A stretch of 55,115 nucleotides of DNA, filler included, from Sphacelaria rigidula (lineage: Eukaryota), in NCBI GenBank assembly GCA_964200075.2. It is 4 parts of 4 records of this genome, joined end to end, with 100 filler letters (N's around TTAATTAATTAA, not from the genome) between each part and the next. Parts side by side here need not be neighbours in the genome. Positions count along the whole stretch, not along the records: positions 41,415 to 55,115 come from CAXNAA020002711.1; 3 more parts are not named here. One strand, given 5' to 3'. A program made the position numbers and the translations under genes. A model generated the notes under the pieces. The model saw nothing but the letters and a program-made list of their open reading frames with translations, had not been told where the DNA came from and did not search any database. This document shows, in pieces, positions 48,601-55,115 of the stretch (the stretch's first letter is position 1; the number at the start of each line of letters is the position of its first letter).

Positions 48601-51600
48601 TGATGACATACACCGTGTCTTCTGTCCTTCGTAGCCTGTGAACTATGATAGATTGTCGTCGAGAACGAGGTTGAATGCGGAAATGACGTTTTAAGTAGGC
48701 AACCTGCCTTCCAGGTTCTGCGAGGAGAATTTTGGTATCGAGCGCATGAGCACTTATTTCGTATCTCGTCGTGCGCATGTACGTGATTGAAAGCCGGCGA
48801 CCTCAGCACATAGTACACGGTAGTACACACGGAACACAGCAGTACCGCGTACAGCACAATACCGGTGGAGTCAGTACGATACAACGCACCACAGCACGAG
48901 AGGTCCGTTTTGTGCGGCAGTAGTGCAGTGTCTGTGTGTGTTGTCATCCCATCTATTCTGGACGCCAGTCTACGCTTTTTCGGTATATGTTGGCGCATCA
49001 GCCGGGGTCACACAGGAGGAAGGCCAACACAGGAGTGTTTTCTTTTTTTTTCTTTTTGGTACTCCACCTTCATTCTGCGGTGCTTGCGTTCTTTTGGTAT
49101 CGCGAGAGGAGTTCAGCGGTCCCTTTCCCTTATCGATGGTGAAGTCGAATTTGTGTACCCACGACATAGTCGCTCTTCACTGTTGGGCACGGTGTGAGAA
49201 AGAATCCCACATGGTGTGACTTCACCGAGGTTCGTGCAGACAGACTACAATAAGATTCCATTACTCGGAACAAACTTCCTTCGTGATGGTTCAGTGTGTT
49301 TACCGGTTTACACGGATGGGCTCTGTTTGGCAACGGTCGAAAATGTACTGCAACATGATTTGAGTTGTGAAATATTCCGAAGAATGTTTTTGTACCCTGC
49401 TGAGTTGGAGTCAGAGTGAGCCGATTCCCATCCAACGCTGCTTACACTTTCCAGATTTGACGCGGCTCGCATAACCCCCATGAGTCCGAACAGCAACCAC
49501 TATCCGTCCCATCAGAAAAAAAAGTGGAACTGAAAGTAATACGGTGGTAGCGATTGCGCACGCGAAGGGTCAGAGGGCAGTTACTGACATGAACGCTACA
49601 GACAGCAGCGACGTAGCTATGGTGCAACAAGTGCAAAAGTGCTCGTAGTTGGTCCGGTCTGGTCCGGTCCGACACCAGTATCACTCAGTGTTTCAGGCAC
49701 GGGTATTCATTTTTTATTCAAATATTTGTTTCGGTCGATGGTACATGTACCCCAGAATACGTTGGATTTTCGTCAGTCAAAATCGCAGGCTCTACGGGGT
49801 ATTCGGTACTGGAAATACACCGGAACCCAGGGTATCGTGGGGCACTATGCTGTACCTGAAGCGCCTTTGCGGCATAACTGTTCGTGCACATGGAAAGCGA
49901 GGAAAGATACAGGGGAGGCTTGGGTACGGGAGGAAAGGAGTCCAGCAACACTGACTGCTGTAGTTTGACAGCAAGTGGGCACTGGTGTTACGTGCGCCGT
50001 ACTGCTACTATCGTTTAGCACTGCTTCTGCACTGACCGTCGGGCAGTTGCATGCATTTACTTGAGGTTTGAGTTTTATTTTAATTCTTTGCTCTTTGCAC
50101 CGTTGCTGCGTTCGCCACACACAACACTACCCATCGCTCGTGCACGCCTGTCTGAGCCAAGCGTGTTTGCGTTACCTCTATTGACAGCTGGCGCTATCAC
50201 TGGATGATCATTGAGATCCGAGAAGATACAAGAATTAGATCTTTGACAAAGATATTGTAGATGCCTGGTATGTGATTACGCTGACGGTCGAGCGTGAAGA
50301 ATCAAATAAAAAGTGCAGTTTACACCTTTCATTTCGCGGTGGGTCCGAGTGTTGACGGGCTCTCTCTCTCTCTCTTGTGAGAGCATTGACACTGTCTGGA
50401 AGAGCGGCGCACAAAGCTCATCTACCCTCTTTTACAGTTAGGTGTGTCATGCATTTCGTTTTTCCATCTCGTGAGTGTCGATGGATGAGAACGCCAAACA
50501 CGTCAAACACGCCCACAACGAAAGTGCCCTTTTGGGTGTATCCGGTGGATTATGACGTTATCTCCAGCATCGCTAGTGAATTATGGCTTATGGTCCAGGT
50601 GCTTTCGAATGCATGATGACCTTGATGCAGGTGGTGGAATGTGCGCTGGCGAACACGTGGCGGCTGTCGGTGATCTGGGAACTAGTTTCAGGACATCTCA
50701 GGTGCCCACCACATTATTTACAAAACTATGAATTGCACGGGATGATCCGCGTTTGGGTCGCGAATTGCACGTTCGCGTGTCGTTGTTCCGGATCCTCCGT
50801 TAACACAGCGTTGCGTTCGAGGCGTTTTTGTTCTTTTTCGGGTGGCGGGCGGAATTTCGGCTCCTGTACCGCTGGTATGGCCGGCGATGGTAAGCTGAAG
50901 CAAAATATGAAACCTTCGCTTCCCTGCGACAGTGCGTGGCCATGTTGGATGCGTCAATCGTGTGTGTCAGATGTCTAGTGAACCCACAATGGTACTTGAC
51001 ACCACTTCGATGGTGGTCTAGTGCCTTTACCCGGCCAGAGTGATAGGGGATGGGTTGATCTCCCGAGACAACGGACTCATCGTGACGAAAAGGGAAGGGG
51101 TGCGTGGGTAGCGGGGGATTGGTTAATTAGCATATACGACAACACTCAACTGATGATGGTATTTTTGTCGCACTTTACCCTTTGCCTTCCTCCGGACTAG
51201 TGGGTGTTCTCAAGTGATCTGTCCATCTCTCCCCCGAGATGCACTTGGCATCGCGACATGGATCAGTACTTCCCCACCGCGTCGACAGTTGTGCTTTCTA
51301 CGACATAAGGGAGATACTTCGCAGAAATAATCCAATTTAAATGCCTCTGGGGGGAATCGAACTCGCGTGTTTTCGGACCAATTGCGTCAGTTGTACCATG
51401 AGACCACCGGGGCGCGGCGAAAATCTAGATATACTGTAGGAATAGTAATTCAGTGGTGCCCCAGTTTGAGGGGATTATTATTTAGGCGGAGTCCCCACTT
51501 TCCGGCAATAGGAATTCACTTCCATCTTGACCATTCCGGTAGTTGAGGCCTAATCCACTCCAAGGCTGAGTCACATGTTAGGGCGGTGAGCGTCTGAACT

Positions 51601-53813
51601 ACTTTTACACCGCCTTAAAGTGCCACTTGCCCGCTGTTCGGATAAGCCTCTTGTATCAAGTAACGCCCACCGTTCTTCACATGATACATGGCAGGTGAGA
51701 ATAAATCCATCATCGACCGTCCCCCGTACCTTCCCCCTCCCCCCTCTGCAGAGTAGTAGCGAAGGCCAGAGAACCAGCAACTCGAGAATACGCGGTGCGC
51801 GCCCTGAGCGAGCTCATCGTGGACGGCGTCCAGCGCCTACACGGGGTGCATCCCAATCCCGATGCCCTGCCGCCACCCCGTTCCCCTGCTGCAACCGCCG
51901 ACGCTACATCGCGGCAAGCACCCCATCCTGGATCACTCGGCACCACGAATGACAGCACCGCCCCTCGAATCAGCGGCGGCGCCCCCCCAACTCAAGGCGC
52001 GGCCGGGGGCGGTATGGGGGGTTTCATAGCGAGCCTTTCTCGAGAGAGGTCGGAGGACGAACCACGGGACGGAGAAGAGGAAGTAGGATTCAGATGGGTT
52101 TTCGAGGGAGATGTGTCGGCTGTTTTTGTGGCGGGGGAAAGGGGGGCTGGGGCGTCTGTGGTCGCTAGGGAGGGGTTCGAAGGAACGTTGTTTTCGACCA
52201 TGGGGTTCTTTGCGTTGACGCCGCATGTCGATACCCGGGAGGCGACGCTGCAGATGCTGTACACCGTCCTGCAGGTGTGAGGATTGTGCTGAAGATATAT
52301 GGCTTGCTAGGGGTATAGATTTTTGTGCCAGGTACTTGTGTTGTTTTTGTTGTGTTATTGTTATGATCCGTTGCTGTGTGGTGTCATAATCCACTATCAC
52401 ATTCAGTGGCATCCTGTAACCTCAGATCCGCGCACCTCATTTGCGAGGCCTTTATTTTTGTCATCATATTTCGCCAACGCTGTGCGCTGTGTCAGCACTA
52501 TGTTACATATCCCGTATTATTGAATCTTGCTGCTATCAAAATTGTTTCGGAATTATATTACAGCGAGGGCAAGGGTGTACCGTCGCCATCATGAGCACAT
52601 GCTCAGTGCATGAGAATATCGTCACCGTCACGCTTCTATTTAGATGAGATTATCCCATGTGTGTTTGCGCGCGCGCGCGCGTTTAACCCCCGAAGAATAT
52701 CGCCCAACATTGAACGGGACTGCTTTCACGCGCGTGTTGTGTCAACTTTGTTTTGTGCTCCAAACCGTCATCTTGCAGTATCTCACGTTTTCATCCCAAC
52801 CGCTTTTTTTTCCCCGGCCCCCGCCCCCCGTGCCCTCCGAACTAGTCTTGTGGTCAAGTGCTGGATTCGGCATGGGCGGTAATCCTGAAACTGCTACATT
52901 CCGTGGCAAAAGCTGCCACCGACAATACCGGCACAGGCGCCACCAGTTCTCAGGTGCTACCCCCGACCATTGCTGTATCCACGACACCCGCTGACGCTGA
53001 GGCTGCTGCTGCTCCTGCTACATTTCAAGCGGGGGAGGGGCAGGGGGAGGAGGAGGCGGCAGAGGAGGATGAAGGGGAGGAGAGGGCATCGACGGCGTGG
53101 GGCGGTGGGTGTTTGTCTCTAGCGTTCAAGTGTCTCCATCTAATCGTCGACGATTTCTTGGAGAGAGTTCCGAGAGACCAGGTATGGTGGGTGTTGTTGC
53201 GTGTCATACTGTTCCTTTTGATTCAGAGCTTTGTGTTTGTGCTTTGTGTGTGCTGTGTCATGTGTCATGTGAAGCATTACACGTTGAAGGCAAGACTGCA
53301 GCGCAAATTTCGTACCCTGCTGTGAGCTTGTTGTATCGTACCGGGTTAGTTGGATATGATCCATGTGTGATGCCACTTTTGTTGTATCGGAATATGCGGG
53401 GGCTTGTATGCCTGAGTCTGGTGCATGATTTTTTGATGTGGTCCTTTTTTTCTTCCTCGTTTACCTTCTAATCCTTCGAAGGAGCAAAGATTAAGTCCTC
53501 CTCTTGGTTGTACGGGTTGGGGTGCTAGGTTCCCGAAGGTCCGGCTGGTTCATTACAGGCATATGGGATCGGCACCCTGAGCATATGGACCGTCTTTCAC
53601 CTTTGTGTGGGACTCACACCTTGTCAAATCCCGCGTGCTGCGCCGCGCCAGCTTCACGCAATACAAGCGCGTCCCTACACAATCGTTCTTCGATTTCTAT
53701 CTTCATCCCGTCTGTATGTGTGTGTTTGTGTTGGCAGGTACCAACTTTGGTGGCGTGTACGGGCGCATTTGGGGGGCAGACGGAGAATGTGAATCTCAGT
53801 CTTACGGCAATTG
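42658..53813 (+). CDS. MON2: MON2 (Sec7/Arf-GEF-like HEAT-repeat trafficking protein), internal exons only
   Basis: Exons 42658-42821/42825 (GLETAVDGFIGSLCRFSLP), 44178-44383 (ALESLLLVTHRLGNILRASWHVVVDTMEQ), 45649-45782 (ERLVRFSTRLEDEAL), 46501-46587, 48330-48429, 50631-50701 (VVECALANTWRLSVIWELVSGHL), 51752-52274 (TREYAVRALSELI...REATLQMLYTVLQ), 52846-53181 (SCGQVLDSAW...AFKCLHLIVDDFL) and 53738-53813 (GAFGGQTENVNLSLTAIG). Motif order matches MON2. Both ends lie outside the contig. Confidence 0.88.
45233..45435. mobile_element. 203-bp hAT-type MITE
   Basis: TIRs AGGGCAGGTCGAGTAGAGTATACTCAAT / ATTGAGTATTCTCTACTCGACCTACCCT; 8-bp TSD AAAGGCAT / AAAGGCAC. Confidence 0.8.
46655..46912. mobile_element. 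hAT-type MITE, second copy of 1350-1608
   Basis: Reverse complement of 1350-1608. TIRs CACGGTTAGGACGAAT / ATTCGTCCGACCCTTG; degenerate TSD GATGTATG / GATCTCTG. Confidence 0.8.
46941..47290 (+). mobile_element. tRNA-derived SINE, family 2
   Basis: Head GCCCGGGTGGTCCAATGG...GGATTCGATT; body shared with 50960-51415, 54763-55050 and 13810-13880. Confidence 0.6.
48925..49208 (-). mobile_element. SINE family 1 lacking the tRNA head
   Basis: Body and tail match the other copies. Confidence 0.8.
50960..51415 (-). mobile_element. tRNA-derived SINE, family 2
   Basis: Minus-strand GCGCCCCGGTGGTCTCATGG...GAGTTCGATTCC, the shared core and a short CA tail. The 3' boundary is approximate. Confidence 0.6.
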
Positions 53814-54762
53814 GTGAGTTGTGCCTCGTACGGCTCGCTCGTAACAGGCAGACGTATCTGTCTAGTCTTGTTTTGTATTCGCCGTCACTGCTGGGCCATT
53901 CTCGTCCTTCCATGATGGCAAAATGGGTTCGTTCGTAAAGAGCAGGAGTGCTCTGGGCTGGGTTTCTCATCTTCCTCTTTCGCTGATGGATGTGTGAAGT
54001 CATATCGAGTCGTGTCGTTGGTTGGCCCCGCGTGGTTGAGGCTTTTCTACATGTTGCTTTTTTTTGTCGTGAGCTCATTTTTTGGCGGAGCTGGCAGGGT
54101 AAGTCGCTGTCGGGTGGTCGTGAAATGCACTACCGAAGTTGCTGATTCACGTTCTTGTCGGCCACAAAGCGCCGACTTTGTATGGCATCTTAATTCCAAC
54201 GAATATGGTGGCATATTGGCAGCGTGCCTCCGACCATGAGAGTCCTCGTTCGCGAGACACTTGTTAGGTATCCCTCAAGCCACCCGAGCGTAGAACGTTG
54301 TCTGCTCTCGCCGTTGGTACATGTCGTTTTGTTTTGGCTGACTGACTGGAGTTTAAGAGGTGGCACGGGCCGCCTTAGCTCCGTGTACCAGGAATGAAGG
54401 CGGAAGTTCGCGTCATCATAGCCAAACGAATGTAAGTCAGGTAAGTCAACATGCTCTGGACAGCATGCGGACGGCTTAATATCTTTTTCAAAGAACTGGG
54501 TATTGTTTTCGAGTCGAAGTGGGCGGTATTTTTCAGTGCGTTGCTTTCTGCCACTGGCTCATCGTTTTTTCAGATGATCGATACTGTAACGTTGGTACCA
54601 TGACACGTGTTATCCAACGATTTTGTTCTTGACTGTTATTTTGAGTGAATTGTTTTTTTTGGCGATAGAGTTCAGCGACTTCGTTTTTTTTTTACCGTTG
54701 GATTCAGTGTACCTGGTATCCGTTTTCTTGACCGTTGGATACAATGCTTTTTTTTTACCGTT

Positions 54763-55050
54763 GCCGCGCCCTGGTGGTGTAACGGTCCGACTGTCGTCAA
54801 CAGGGGAGACAGAACGAGGGTTCAAATCCCGATGCAGTGCATTTCTTCTTCGATCTGATGATTTATACCATCGAAAGCGTTAGTACGTGAGTAAAGGAAA
54901 AGTGGTTGACCGAGTTTGTTTCACGAGAGCTGATGCGATGCGGGAGTGCTGACCCAAGCCGCGAGACCCAAATGCAAGGCGTGCACCGGGGAGAGATGGG
55001 TCAATCCATTGAGACTCCGGACTCTTCCCGACGATGGGGGGGGGGGGCGT
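54763..55050 (+). mobile_element. tRNA-derived SINE, family 2 (5' part)
   Basis: GCCGCGCCCTGGTGGTGTAACGG...GGGTTCAAATCCC; core GCGGGAGTGCTGACCCAAGCCGCGAGACCCAAAT. Confidence 0.6.
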
Positions 55051-55115
55051 ACTCATTTGTTGCTTGCCTTAGTCATTTAAATGGGCAGGGGGCTGTGTAG
55101 GGACAGGGGGTAAAT

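Noticed and set aside
50383-50441. Extra MON2 exon (LPSFTVR)
   Set aside because: The motif is suggestive, but its phases do not join the flanking exons; left unresolved.

Overview
Eukaryotic, intron-rich genomic DNA, most likely a brown alga or related stramenopile (inferred from the gene structure and repeat style, not proven). The window is not one locus. Three identical 100-nt linkers (44 N + TTAATTAATTAA + 44 N at 13710, 27514 and 41315) join four segments of 13709, 13704, 13701 and 13701 bp, which looks like size-sorted unplaced contigs. Segment 1 is almost all repeats: a cluster of TTAA-flanked ~100-bp MITEs, a nested hAT MITE, inverted ~540-bp TIR elements and tRNA-derived SINEs, plus one orphan terminal exon. 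Segment 2 holds the 3' part of a minus-strand NEK6/7-like kinase gene with a poly-Gln tail, an apparent in-frame IFT57-like exon, and a ~460-bp intronic palindrome. Segment 3 holds a nearly complete minus-strand PRMT7 gene. Its 5' intronic region carries a piggyBac-like element and a decayed plant-type (DD39D) mariner transposase. Segment 4 holds internal exons of a plus-strand MON2 gene. Most ORFs in the six-frame track are spurious. Exon models were built by hand from splice signals, phase and remembered family motifs; no searches were run.
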